Positions 40,631 to 53,589 of a stretch of DNA of 64,000 bases are shown one piece after another. The notes beneath the pieces were generated by a model that did not search any database, was not told where the DNA came from, and saw only the letters and a list, made by a program, of their open reading frames with translations. How positions within the stretch are numbered: position 1 is the first letter of the stretch; each line of letters starts with the position of its first letter. The position numbers and the translations under genes are program-made. Source of the stretch: the human T2T-CHM13v2.0 reference genome, Homo sapiens; NCBI RefSeq assembly GCF_009914755.1, contig NC_060935.1, one strand, 5' to 3'.

Positions 40631-41910
40631 TGTATAGTCTTTGCTATTTGTGCGCATAGGCTGAATAAGATAAAGAATATTCCTGAGGTCCGACAGGCTC
40701 TTGCAAGAAAGCACAGCTATGTTCTGAGTGACAGGCTACAGGCCAAAGGCCACCTAACAAAATCAACTTTCAAATGGAGACAATACGAATACAAATGTTC
40801 CCTGTCAATTAGGCACTCCTACCCCACAGGTAGACAGGAGGAAGTTCCCAAGGAAAAAATTTAGGAAATAGAAAGGAGGAAGAATGGTAGAGGGAAGGGA
40901 GAGAAAGTGAGAAAATAGTATGGAGCTGCCTCTGCTTAGTGTCCAGTCTCCTGCTCTGACTGGGGAGGCAGGATGCTGTCCATCCCTAGGCAAAGTTAAA
41001 TTCTGCTACGGCCTCAATCACTCTGGAAATCCAGAACTCTTAAATTAAATGCCATGGCCTTGGGCTCCAATTTTTAGTAAACTCTTCACCACTAGGAAGG
41101 GAAAATCAAACCTCACATCGGCAATGTTTACTCTCTTTTCTCTGCCCTTGCAGGAATCAGATCTTTGCTTAGCTTCTGCATTTCCCCATTTTCCTGAGAG
41201 GAGACTAGGATTTTGCTATAAGCAGGGAGGTCCAAGCGAGATCCCACATTAGTTTTGAAGAGATATATACATGCCTAGGAATATATTGTTGCAATACTTT
41301 CATTCTGAAAACTGTCGTCAAAATCTGGGCCCACCTATTCAATGTGATAAACGCAGTAAAATCTACATCTTTGGAGCAGCTTTCTGAATATCTCATTTTT
41401 CCATCTTCATGGCAACTTCTCAGGCCCAGGCATCCATCTCAGTTTCTATTCTAGCTCTCAAGTGATAGTTAATGAGTGTCTGCAAAATGAAAAGGTATAA
41501 TCCTTCACAAAATATTCGTAATTTCAAAGCTTTGAAGATGAGAGTAACTGACTTCAGAATGCAAAAATACGAAGCTACAATTCCTAGGATAGAGATTTAT
41601 TTAGTAGAGGGAGGAGAAGACAGGTTCTGGAGGTAATCCAGGCAGTGTAGACAAATTTAGTACTAAGAGTTTGAATTCTGAGATCCCGTTAACCAGTGTG
41701 ACCTCAACCCTGCACTATGGATCAAGATTATCACTGTAGAACCTTGAAAGCTAGGCAATGTTGTTAAGGAGATTGGGAGCAGAGAATAAAGACATGATTA
41801 TGGATACTAGAATCTAGTTATTAAATAAAAGGCAAGAGAACCAACTCAAGGCTGACTTGAGGACAAGTCTCTGAGCTCTTTCAAATTTCTAGAACATTGC
41901 AACATGGTGG

Positions 41911-42413
41911 TGTGGCAGGCAGAACAATGGCCTCCCGATGTCCACAACCTAATCCCCCAAACTGGTGAATTTGTTACCTTACATGGCAAAAGGAACTTTG
42001 CATATGTGATTAAGTTGAAGATTTTTGAGATGTGGAGATTATTTTAGATTATCCAATTGGGCTCATTATTATCATAAGTGTCCTTATAAGACAGAAACCA
42101 GAGTGTCAGAGTCAGAGAGAACTTAGAAGATGCTTTGCTGCTAGATTTGAAGATGAGAGAATTGGCCATTAGCCAAGGAACATAGATGGCCCCTAGAAAC
42201 TGGAAAACGAACAAACAAAACAAAACAAAACAAAAAAAGCCCAGTTGCTTCCTAGAGCCTCCAGAAGGAACACAGCCCTGCCAACAGTTTGATTTAATCC
42301 CAGGAGTAAAATTTGGATTTCTGACCTATAGAATTTAAGATAACCTATTTCTGTTGTTTTAAACTACTAGTTTTGTGATCATTTGTTACAGCAGCAATTG
42401 GAAATTAATGTCA
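41911..42413 (+). mobile_element. MLT1D-like LTR
   Basis: tgtggcaggcagaacaatggcc...ttacatggcaaaaggaactttgca...cctagagcctccagaaggaacacagccctgcc. Confidence 0.88.
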
Positions 42414-42597
42414 TGAACAAACATGTTTTGCTTTCAAAAACACAGAGCATTGGCAACTTAAACAAATTTCACTTCACATAAAAATCTCTGTGTCTGACAT
42501 CTTAAAAACATCTGGAAAGGCTAGTATTATGTTTGTCCTAGAAAGAGTAATTTGGGTTGCACTGTGCTGTGTCCTTTGGATGAGCATGGACTTCAGA

Positions 42598-42924
42598 TGT
42601 ATTCGTCCATTCTTGGATTGCTATGAAGAACTACCTAGGGAAGAGGTTTAACAGGCTCATGGTTCCACAGGCTATACAGGAAGCATAACTGGGGAGGCCT
42701 CAGGAAAATTACAATCATGGTAGAAGGCAGAGGGGAAACAGACACAGCTTACATGGCCTGAGAAGAAGGACGAGAGAGAAGAGGGAGGTGCTACACACTT
42801 TTAAACAACCAGATCTTGTTATCACTACCATGAAAACAGCACCTCCCACCAGGCCCCTCCTCCAACACTTGGGATTACAATTTGATACGAGATTTGGGTG
42901 GGGACACAAATCTAAACCATATCA
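42598..42924 (-). mobile_element. MSTA-like solo LTR with internal deletions
   Basis: TG...CA termini and a perfect 5-bp TSD TCAGA. Confidence 0.9.
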
Positions 42925-42979
42925 TCAGAGTTTGTATCACACCCTATTGCGGTGTTTATTGTGACATCTCTCTCCATAT

Positions 42980-43268
42980 GTATTTATGTATATATATTTT
43001 TTTGAGTCAGGGTCTTGCTCTGTTGCCCAGGCTGAAATATAGTGGCATGATTTCATTCACTGCAGCCCCCATCTCCTGAGCTCAAGTAGTCCTCCCTTAG
43101 CCTCCTGAGTAGCTGGGACTATAGGCACATGCCACCATGCCCAGCTAATTTCTGTATTTTTTGTAGAGACAAGGTTTCACCATGTTGTCCAGGTTGGTCT
43201 CAAACTCCTGAGCTCAAGCACTCCACCCGCCTTGGCCTCCCAAAGTGTTGGAGCCACTGTGCCTAGCC
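42980..43268 (-). mobile_element. AluJ element
   Basis: Antisense Alu with J features (cagggtcttgctctg, cactgcagcc, gagctcaag). TSD approximately TCTCTCCA/TTTCTCCA. Confidence 0.92.
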
Positions 43269-43479
43269 TTTCTCCAATTTTATATGCCATGTACCCCTAT
43301 GGTGTTTAAGTTCCTGGACTGAACTGTTGTAGATCATCCTCTCTGACAAGCAACATGACTGACTCCACAGTTTGGGTTTAGGCTGAATGTGCAAGTTAAT
43401 GTTAGGTGAGCCCAGCACAGATGTCTATATTGGAGAAACGAGGGAGCCAGGACCCTTGTTCCCATTCTACAGATCATAT

Positions 43480-43840
43480 ACTAACCATTATCTGCGGAAT
43501 GACGGGAAATGGAGTTGTTGCTTGGCTGCATGAAAAAAAATCAGCCTGGGGCAGCACCTGTAAATTCCACGTCATTTTCAAGTTGGCTTTGTCAGTAGCT
43601 CATCAGGCCAGGAGAGTGGATGTCATAGAGCCAGCTTGGCCCATGGAAGACTCCTGCACAGCCCAGGCTGCATGGAGCTCTGCCCTCAGTTCTTCATTGA
43701 GAGAGGCAGCTCTGACAGCAGGCATATGCAGACTGTGTGGTCACAGGCACAGGTGAAATGAGAAACGGCTGACAGCCGGTCAGAATTGCCCTTGTTGTGT
43801 CACGTGGAGCACATCACATTACCAGAGGGCCTCGTTTACT
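43480..43840. promoter_or_regulatory. Candidate enhancer (motif cluster in unique DNA)
   Basis: CCACGTCA at 43567-43574, GTCACGTG at 43799-43806, GGAATG at ~43496, repeated TGACAG, and locally retained CpGs. Confidence 0.35.
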
Positions 43841-46289
43841 ATAGATGAGGAACTTGGTATAAAACTAACAACCCTAAATGATTTTGTTTTTCTATGACCC
43901 AGCATGGTAATACGTTGGGAGCATTTGCTCTGCTCTGTCTAACATAATGGTGTCATGGTGAGTTTCCCAGGATTTTATTGGCACTGATGTGAAATAGCTG
44001 TTTTTTTCTCTCCAAGGCTATAATTTTCCATGTTCTGATTTTGCAATCATAGCACCATTTGGGTTAACTCAATTGCTTTGTCGCTTCGGTAAAGACAGCC
44101 CACACATAATGGCAATTTAAAAAATCATACAATTTTAATAATTGAGTGACTAAGACCCAGAGTGTCTGATACAGGAAGCTCATAATATTTTGTAATATGA
44201 TTTTGAAAAGATAATAGAGGGTAGAGAAATGAGTACGACAAGAAAATGACAACACTTTCTTAAAGTGCTGCTATTAAGTGGGTATGACAAGCCCAGCTGG
44301 GTTCCTACAATGTTTAGCAAAGAACAGGACCCTTCTAAGCTGCTGCCAGAGCCTGCTTGAGTGCAGCAAGAGCAACGTGGTGGTGAATTTGTTTTCTTTC
44401 CTCCTCCCTGCTGCCTTTGTTCCTGAGGATTATTTTACCACTGTCCTACCCTCCCTGCTCCTAAAGGCTTGGTGGAGCTCAGGGGCAATGGACCCTGTTG
44501 CCATGTTAAGCTTTCTCTTTAATCTCTCCTGCTGGGTGCAGTGGTTCTCAAAGTTTTTTGTTTTGTTTTGTTTTCCCCAAAGCACTAGAGTTCATTCTTC
44601 AAGAGAAATAGTTCATGAAAGTTCAATATATAATACTACATATAAAAGCAGCACACTCTGATGGAAGAGATGGAGAGACACAACAGATTCTGAGAATCCT
44701 GGCTTTTCTTTCTCTCCCCATCTGGGGACACACGGGAAGATGTTTGAAATCCACTGGCTTGGAGCTCACTGGGAAACCTTGAAGATGCTTTGAAATGGTA
44801 TTTCCGAGGGTTCCTTCAAGTCAAGGGTGTAGAATTTCTAGTTCAACTACACTTCTAAAAATTCTGTGATTTGAACACTGTTCTGTGAGTAAGGCTCAGA
44901 GGGCCTCATCAGATGAAAAGGCCATTTTTGTTGTTGTTGTTGTTGTTATTTTACTTTTTTTTTTTTTTCAAATGCTTTGCTTATTTGGTAAGCTCGAGGG
45001 AATTCTTGGAGTTGGAAAAGTTTCCCCCAATGGTCTGTCACATTCATCATTTATCCAAAACAATTCCTCTTGGATTGAAGAAGAGGGTGTGGACATGTCA
45101 ATGTCCTAGGCACTTGGTTTTCTCTCTAATATTACTTCCTTCTTTTTAGAAGTTTATGTGAAACGGTTTCTGCTTTTGCTTGATCACTGAGATTCTGGAC
45201 AGTTAATTTTTAGCTAACCTTTCTCAAAGCGGCATTCACTTTGAGGTCTTCCCTCTCACGTAACCAAAGAGGATAAAAATGGTACCCAGGTTACCTAGCC
45301 TTAAGTCTCAATTTTGCCGTAAGACCATGGAAGCTCCAAGAGGCCAGGTGATTTTCTAATGACAAACTTTATGCTTTTTTTGGTTTCTAATGTGTCAAAA
45401 TATACCTAAGCTACTGTAGGAGATTTGAAAAGCTCTAAGTGAGATGGTCTTGATTTTGTTAAAGGAGTTGTTTACATGGTAAGGTGAGTTGAAGTTCATC
45501 CCAGGTCATCGGTCACCAGGTAGATAACACAGATTTACCTGATGTCAAAACCAACCTTCTATTTCCCTAGTATTTCCACTATATTCACAGGGTATTTGGC
45601 ATTGTATAGACAGCTTAGATGAAGTCTCCTTGGAAATGAAAGCTCACTGTAAATTAGAGAAAACAGCCGTGTTTTATTCTTGATCCCAGGATCAAACTCA
45701 GAAAGTAACCTTAAGGCAATTTCAACCCTTCAGGGGCTCAGTTGCTCTCCAAGGGAAAATCACTTCAGCTGTGTAGGTTGCTTTAGAGAAAAAAGGGTGT
45801 TAATAGAAGAATTGCCTTTCTTACTTCAATGCTGTGGACAGTGAGTGGCCAATTTACTCAGACCTGAGGGCTGTGAGCATAGACAGGTGGCTTTCAATGC
45901 CCAGCCCAGCTCAAAGTCATGAGAGTAGATCAGAAACTAGATGGGGGTGTTTGGTGTCACTCTCTAAATTGTATAGATATTATTGACAGACATTTAGGCA
46001 CACAGTAGGAGAGGGAAACTTTTCTATTCTTCTGCAAGCCTGAGTCAGTCTCTCTTTCCTCTTCCCCTTTTATTCAACTGCCTCCGTGTTAAACAATCTC
46101 TGTCAGATCAGCCTACAAATATTTCCAAACCGTTGTCCTTTTCTGAACCTCTTAAATAATGTTCCATATTGACTTGAAACTCCACTTGCCATAAATGCAT
46201 AAATGGTTACTTTTTATGGTGATTGAATTCAAGTTATTTTCTCTATTTAGAATGTTCTTCCTCATATCCACTTGTCTAAACCTTGCTGT

Positions 46290-46648
46290 AATAGATTTCC
46301 CAAGGACTGCTATCTCTCCCCATAAGAGAATTTTACCTCCATACTCCAGTGACAGCAAACTTGACCTGTAAATTGCTTTGACTGATGAAATGTGAATGAA
46401 AGTTACTTAAGTCACTTCTGAGCAGCAGCTTTATGAAGTATTACATGGTTCTGTCATTATTCTTTTTCCTCTGCCATCAGACATGTGTGTTCCACATAGG
46501 TCATATTCTGTCAGGTTAGTTGCAGAATAAAAGAGATGTGCAGCTGAACCACAATGGACATGCAATACAGGAGGAAAAAAGAAATTGTTGTTGAGATTTG
46601 GGGATTGTTTGTTACCACAGCACATGATAGCATAAGTTGACTAATGCA
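46290..46648 (+). mobile_element. MLT1 (I/J-like) LTR
   Basis: ttgactgatgaaatgtgaatgaaag...gtcacttctgagcag...gagatttggggattgtttgttaccacagca. Confidence 0.75.
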
Positions 46649-48839
46649 CTTGTTTATAATTCAAAGCCCAATTCAATGTCATTTCTTCTACAAAACCTCT
46701 TATTTCTGTAATATGATATCACTGGATTTGAATCCTAAATTTGCCACTTTGTGAGTAATAAGACATTGGAAAATTTATTCAGTCTTTCTAAGGTTTAGTT
46801 CCTTTACCTGTAAAATGAGGAGAATACTAATACTTTAAGGAGTGTCACAAGATTTAACATAATTCATGTAAAGCTCTTAGCACTTAGTAGTTAACTAGTA
46901 TTATTTATCTTTTAAGTTTTCCATTTCTTATTTATAGCAACTGGCATACTGCCTTGCACTTAGGAAATGTTTAATAATTGTTGAATAAATCAACGAATTA
47001 AAAAAATGCTCATTGATATCCATCGTATTTTACTTTACTCTTAAGAGTTGAGGGTGAAGGCCACCATGGATTATCTAGAAGTTCCACCCTGGAATTTACC
47101 ATGGACCATACAGTTTTAAAAGAGGAGAGCATAGCTTTCATTAGCAAGTTATCTTGATTTCTTGAGAGCCAGAGGAAAAATCAGAGAAGGATTTTCTAGT
47201 CTCCCATGTGGCAGAAAATGCTTAACAATTTCTTCAAGGCTGAATAAGGCATAAACGTATATACTTTTCCTCAGGTGTCTTCTGTCCCTCTTTTCCAGGA
47301 AATTCTGTATGTATGAGCTAAATAATGATTATAGGTAATATTCCTATTATCAAAGAGAAAGGATGATTGTAAAATAATAAAATGTGAGATTTGATTTTAT
47401 TACTCCCTAAATCCTTTTATAAAATGTTCTCATTTCATATAAGGAACACTCATGCTGCTTTTTTATACTTACCCTTTAGGGTAATTTCCTTTTTCCATTC
47501 AGAATTCATCCTGTTTTTTTAAATGGCTCCCCAAAGTCTTCCTTTGCTAATAGTTGCTCACCCATCTGTGCATACGCATGCCATCCTGTAATTCTGGTTT
47601 CTAAGCAAAGAAAAATTTTATCTCCAATGAAACCAACTGGAGGACATAAAATATAAATCAACTTCTTAGGGCTTATCTCCCAAGCACCATCACTATGGAT
47701 GATGTATCAGGAGATGAAAAAATGTATGAAAGAGATTTATAATTAAGAATTTAGTCACCTATGTCTAGATCAGTATTGTTTTCCTCCAATTAGATACTGA
47801 GTTTTTAGGAGACTGTCTTTGTATGCTTTAGAGAACTGAGTCAGAAAGCTGGAAATGACTCCACCAATTATTTGTTGATTTACTGATTATCATTTTGCTC
47901 AAGTGATGAGTCTTGGCCCTGCAATAATACTATCAAGTTGTATACGCAAAACTAAGGGCTAAATTTTATGGTGTAGAATATGAGTGCAGTAGAAATTAAT
48001 TAAATGGTCTGAATAGCTATGATAATGCCAGATACCAGGGATAATCTTCATGTTTAAGGTATTAGAAGTAAGAAGAAATCAATATCAGCTTCTTTATAAC
48101 TTGGTAAGGGAAGCATAGCTATAAATATAAGCTAGAAGGAGTACAGAAGAGTGAGAAATTGCCTTGAACAGATAATAGATGGCTTTGCATAGAAGTTCTG
48201 TTTGAGCTGGTTCTGGAAGGAGTAGTCATTATGTGACAAAAGAACAATGTGGAAAAATAAAAGCCCTGATATCAGAAAGCATAGGAGATAAAAAAGTAGT
48301 ATGTATTTAAAAAACTAGATCACTTAGACCTGTTGAGTTTGAGAGACTTGGGTTGGGAGATAACCAGAAAAGACTTCTGTATATGGACTGAAAAGTATTT
48401 TATAATTTTCAAGGTGGCAATTTTGATTGACTAGAAGGTGTGAATAGATGAAGAGAACTGGATGTTCCAGAAAGAAGGTGAGGAAGAATGGAGAGGGTAA
48501 TCAGGCTGTAGGCTGAAGGTAAAAATAAGCATCGCATTGATATTTGGATGTGATTGAGTCACCTGAGACCAAACTGCAAACTCATTGTCCTAGTCTAGCG
48601 TCCATGATAAATGCATGAAGATTTGAAAGCTTCTTGAGGGTAGGCCCAACAATTTATCCCATTAATTTCTAGGCTCACACTCAGTGAATGCCTAGCAAAA
48701 GAACAGATTTATCAATCTTTCAATTTTTTTCTGCTTTATTCATCCAATGCTGCCTATCAAAACTCTTGCCAGTTGTTCCCCCTCGTGCTTTGATTCACAT
48801 GAGTATTAGATATTCGTGAATATCTAATATTCACATAGT

Positions 48840-49420
48840 GTTAGTTTTGGGCCGGGTTCTGTTCTAAGTGCTGTGTATGTGTTCTCTCATTGCAACCCTC
48901 TAAGGAAGCTGGTGCTGTATATGAGATTCCTCCTAACAACCGCATGAGAGTGGTAGTAGAGATAAAAATCTGAGTCACATCAAGCAACTTTCCTAAATGG
49001 AGGAAGTGGGATTGAACCTGGGCAATCTTGGTCCAAAGTCTGAGCATTTAACCACCATGCTCTGGTTTCTAAAGACAGCATGTACGTTTGCTGATGGGAC
49101 CAATAGTGCAAGCATTTGTGTACAGTTTACTTTCTGATAATTTTCCTATTTCTATGACTCTTGGCAACGTGCTGTACCATTTCCAAAGAAACATGACAGA
49201 GTGGAAGGAAGATCTGCTTCGGAGTGAGTCTGGACTCCACATATACTCATTGTGTAGCCTTTGGTAAGACACTTAACTTCTTTACAACTTTCCCATGACT
49301 GTTCATTTGTAAATGCGAATGGAAATTTACACACTGCGGAGTTGGTATGAAGATTGTGACTAATCCAGGTGAAATTTTCTGGCATATAGTGAGTTCTCAA
49401 TAAACATTAGCCATCAGAAT
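48840..49420. mobile_element. Two MIR SINEs (- at ~48840-49065, + at ~49190-49420)
   Basis: gggattgaacctgggcaatcttggtccaaagtc, and ttggtaagacacttaac...ggcatatagtgagttctcaataaac. Confidence 0.7.
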
Positions 49421-50829
49421 TAGTTGTTCTTGTTAATGTGGCGGCCACCTGCTTCTCTTGCATCCCTAGGCTTGGGTACTTTTGAGAACAGATTAGGTAC
49501 TAAATAAAGGCTGGCTGACTAGTTGACTGATATTTTTTTGCCTTGCCTGGGGGAAGACATCCCAGAACAATATGTTACTATTAGTCATTTTTCTCTAATT
49601 TGTACACAGTCTCTTTAATAACCATTTGCACTTGCATAGCACTTTCTATTAACTGGAGTTGGTTTTACTAACATTAATGAGACTTGCAAAATACCTGTGT
49701 TATGGCAGGATTATTATTAGCCTGAGAAAATTTTTCATCACAGTTTGTCACAGGTTGAAAAAAAAGCTAATAATTTAACAGAAAAACCAAGACTACAATA
49801 TTCATATTCCACACACAGTGACTGGTTGTCTTCATTTAGGTGTACTGTTTGGAAGTCCCAGTGCTTTTTCCTTCTCCTGACAGTTTCCAACTAAAGTCCA
49901 CTGCTGATATCAAAGGCCACTGATGTGCAAATTATTTCTGTGTTCATTATTCTTTTACCTCATTCACAGAGCAGGATGATGCTTTGCACTAGTTTCTACT
50001 TAGAGTGCTCCAGATCTGGTAGGTAACAGAAGACATGCATTTAGGCCTCAAACAGTACAATTTAAAATAAATTCTGTTGGAAAAAGCAAGTCATATTAGT
50101 GACATGAACCAATGGCCTACTATATTATGACACAAAAGAAACCACTGATATTTGTTAGCATAGTAGCTAGCTCTCTGGCTTGCCAGTATTCCATTTTACA
50201 ACCTAAACACATATAATTTTTGTTCCAAAGAGTAAAGGAATCTATTTATACAATGTGAGCAATTTTTTAAAACTCAAGCAACAGATAATGAGACAGCTAC
50301 TAATCCCATGTGGCAAATCCTACTCAGAGAGTACTTTTTCTCCTCTTGCAGCCAATCTGTTATTTGTTATTGTATTTTTTATTTAGTATTCTTTTTAAAA
50401 ATTGGGTAGAGACCTCCTAGCCTTTTAATCTGCAAGGCAGAAAAATGCTGTACTACTTGTTACTCCTTGTGATCACCATATGTAGAACAGATTATCCAAA
50501 GCTGTTTCCCTAATTCTTCTCATTAATTTTTTTCTCTCACTGTCTTACAACATAGGTGGTCTCCCTGGGGTTTCTCACCAGCTAGATATGTACATTTTTG
50601 CTAGTTATTTTACATCTTTGAGCTTCATTTTGCTTTTATCTGTAATGGGGGAGATAAGTTAGAAGTGCTTGCTATTTTTTAAAGTTTTTTTCTAGCTCTA
50701 AATTATATATATTTTGTCATAATGCATTACATTGTTAACAATTTAGTTTTGCTCAATGAACATTGTTTGAGCTGAAGTCAATCAAGAAGTATATTGCATT
50801 TCTGTGGGCAAAGAAATGGTGTAGGTTAT

Positions 50830-51345
50830 TCCATTAGTTTCCTATTGCTGCTGTAACAAGTTACCACAAACTTGGAGGCTTAAATAACACCAGTTTACTG
50901 TCTTACAGTTATGTAGGTTAGAAATGCTTTATAGGTTTCACTGGAATAAAGTCAAGGCATTTGCAGGGCTTTGCTGGTTCTGGAGGCTCTAGGGGAGAAT
51001 CCATCTCCTTGTCTTTTCCACCTTCTGGAAGCTGCCTCATTCCTTGGCTCATGTCCCCTTTCTTCTATCCTCAAAGCCAGCAACATGGCATCTCTGTTTG
51101 TGACTCTTTTTCTCCTCACATTTTCCTGACTGATTCTTCTCTTCTATCTCCCTCTTTCACATGTAAAGACCCTTGAGATTATACGAGGCCATCCAGATAA
51201 TCCAGGATAATCTTAAAGTTGACTGATAAGCAACCTTAATTGCATTTGCAAACTTAATTCCACTTTGCCATGTAATCTAACATATTTACTAGTTCCAGGA
51301 ATAAGGATGTGGATATTTTGAGGGGATGACATTATTCTGCCTATA
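50830..51345 (-). mobile_element. MLT1D-like LTR
   Basis: attagtttcctattgctgctgtaacaag...ttctggaggctctaggggagaatcc...cagataatccaggataatct. Confidence 0.88.
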
Positions 51346-51560
51346 AGAGTTATATATGCATTGATCTGTTTTTTTTTAAACAAACAACTATTATATGCCA
51401 AACACCATTAGCTACCGAGAATGGACTAGAAGGAAAAAATAGAAATAGTCTCTGACATGTTGAAATTTATAAAGAAGTGATATGACATGGGTTAGATTGT
51501 AACAGATGAACATTAAATTGCAACTGTAATAAGGAAGGAGTGATATTATGATACACTATT

Positions 51561-51977
51561 TAATATGGTTTAGAAGTGTGTCACCTCCAAACCTCATGTT
51601 GAAATGTGACCCCAATGTTAAGGTGGGCCTAGTGCTAGGTGTTTGGGACATGGGAGTGGATCCCTCTTGAATAGCTTGGTGCTGTTCTCTCAGCAATGAA
51701 TGAGTTCTCACTCCATGAGTTCATGTGACAGTTAATTGTTAAAATGAGTCTGAGACCTCCCCCTTTTTATTTTACCTCCTCTCTTGTCATATTACACACC
51801 TGCTCCCCTTTCACTTTCTGCCATGAGGAAAACTTTCCTGAGGTTCTGACCAGAAGCCAAGCTGATGGTAGTGCCATGCTTGTACAGCCTGCAGAACCAT
51901 GGGCCAAATAAACCTCTTCTTTCTAAATTATTCAGCCTCAGACATTTCTTTATAGCAACACAAAATGAATTACTACA
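51561..51977 (+). mobile_element. MSTB-like solo LTR inserted in an L2 fragment
   Basis: atatggttt...ctcatgttgaaatgtgacccc...tgtacagcctgcagaacc...aaataaacctctt. TSD CTATT/CTATA. Confidence 0.88.
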
Positions 51978-52626
51978 CTATAAAAAGATTTTTTGACTTA
52001 GTAAAAGTGGCCAGGAAATGCTTCTCTCAGGAAGTGGTGACCATTTAGTTGACATCTAAAGAAGCATTTGGAATTTACCAGATGCAGAAGGGAGGAGAGT
52101 CCCACGAAGAAAGAAGAACAACATATGCAGAGGTCTTGGAGCAGGAACGAGCATGGCCATTCAGAGAAACTGCGCTGATGCCTCTGTGGCTGGAGCTCCA
52201 GCTGGAGGGTGCCATGATGCCTTATGAAATGAAACTATGAAGGTGAGAGGGGCCAAATCATGCTCTGTACCTGTGTTGGCCATGCCCAGAAAACACTATT
52301 AGTGATAATGGCATTTGAAAACCATACAATAGTTTAAGTACTACATTGACCTGATCAAATCAGATTTTCAGAAGTTAATTTTGAGGATAGAAGACCCAGT
52401 CCCTGCCTTCAAGCAGCTCTCAGTAGTTTAATAGAAGTCGTAAATATACACATGAAAAGTTAAATAACAAAAATTAAGTAGAAAAGACAGACCATAAGAC
52501 GGTACAGATAAAAGCTCTGAATTTAAGGGATGCGAGTCAATAATCTAAGAAGTTTTTCTGGAAAAAGATAGACTTGTGATAACCATAGATATACTTTGAT
52601 AATGATACTTTATTAAGGACACTAAC

Positions 52627-53190
52627 TACCTTAGTTATCTTTTGCTATACATTTAGTGGCTTTTTTACTATACATTTAGTGGCTTAAACAATGTTCATTT
52701 ATTATTCCACAGATTTCTAGGTCAGAAGTGCAGTATACTGTGTCTGTGTTCTCTGCTCAGGGTCTCAAAGGCTAAAATCAAAGTGTTAGAGGAGCCGCTT
52801 TCTTTCTGAAGCTCTGAGGGAAGAATCTGCTGCCAAGTTTATTCAAGTTGTTGGCAGAATTCAGTTCATTGTGGTTGTAGGTCTGAGGTCCCCATTTCCT
52901 TGACATGTGGTCTTCTTCATCTTCAAGCCAGCCAGAGCAAATTCTTCTCATTCGCTGAATCTCTCTAGCGTCTTTCTTCTGTTTTTAGGTGCTTATGGGG
53001 TTATATCAGGTCTACCCAGATAATCCAGGATAAATCCCTATTTTAAGCTCAAGCGATTAACCTTCATCACATCTGCAAAGTTGCTTTTGCCAAGTAAGGT
53101 GATAACATATTCCAAGTACTGAGATTAAGGCATTGAATATCCTTGGGGGTGGGGGTGGGAGTGGGGGTCGTAATACTCCCTGCCATACAC
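52627..53190 (-). mobile_element. MLT1D/E-like LTR
   Basis: ttagtggcttaaacaa...ctctgctcagggtctca...gttgttggcagaattcagttc...cccagataatccaggata. Confidence 0.85.
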
Positions 53191-53589
53191 ACAGAACCAG
53201 ACGAATGGGAAATTCCAAAGGATCTCCCTTTGAATTTCTTACATTATGGCTTAGGAGATAAGTTTAAGTACAATAATAACTATGTTGTTGTTGTTGTTGT
53301 TGCATGTGTGTGATATCATGATCATAAATGCCCATTAGACCCAAGAATATATACATGTTTTAAACAAAACAGGGAGGCCTTTGGTCAGCTATGGAGCACA
53401 CAACCAACATAAAGTCTTTCAAATTCAATTTTTTTTAAACAAAATATTCGCTGGCCAAACAAAATATACTTGTGGGTAAAATCTGGCCCATTGGCTGCCA
53501 GATGTGAACCTTGAGATAGGTTCTCTAAAAACTGGTGAAAAAATAAGTTAGAAAAATGACAAAATTTGAGGCACTTGGTGCTAAAACTC

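Larger units (their letters stand above)
41890..43320 (+). mobile_element. MER102-like element fragmented by MLT1D, MSTA and AluJ
   Basis: Collinear pieces at ~41890-41910, 42414-42597 (ttcacataaaaatct), 42925-42975 and 43269-43320 (cccctatggtgtttaagtt). Confidence 0.55.

Noticed and set aside
41111-41154. Strong plus-strand splice acceptor (ctctcttttctctgcccttgcag|G)
   Set aside because: No convincing donor nearby, and isolated acceptors are frequent in non-coding DNA.
52645-52685. 23-bp-period tandem duplication inside an MLT1
   Set aside because: Ordinary slippage duplication in a neutral repeat.
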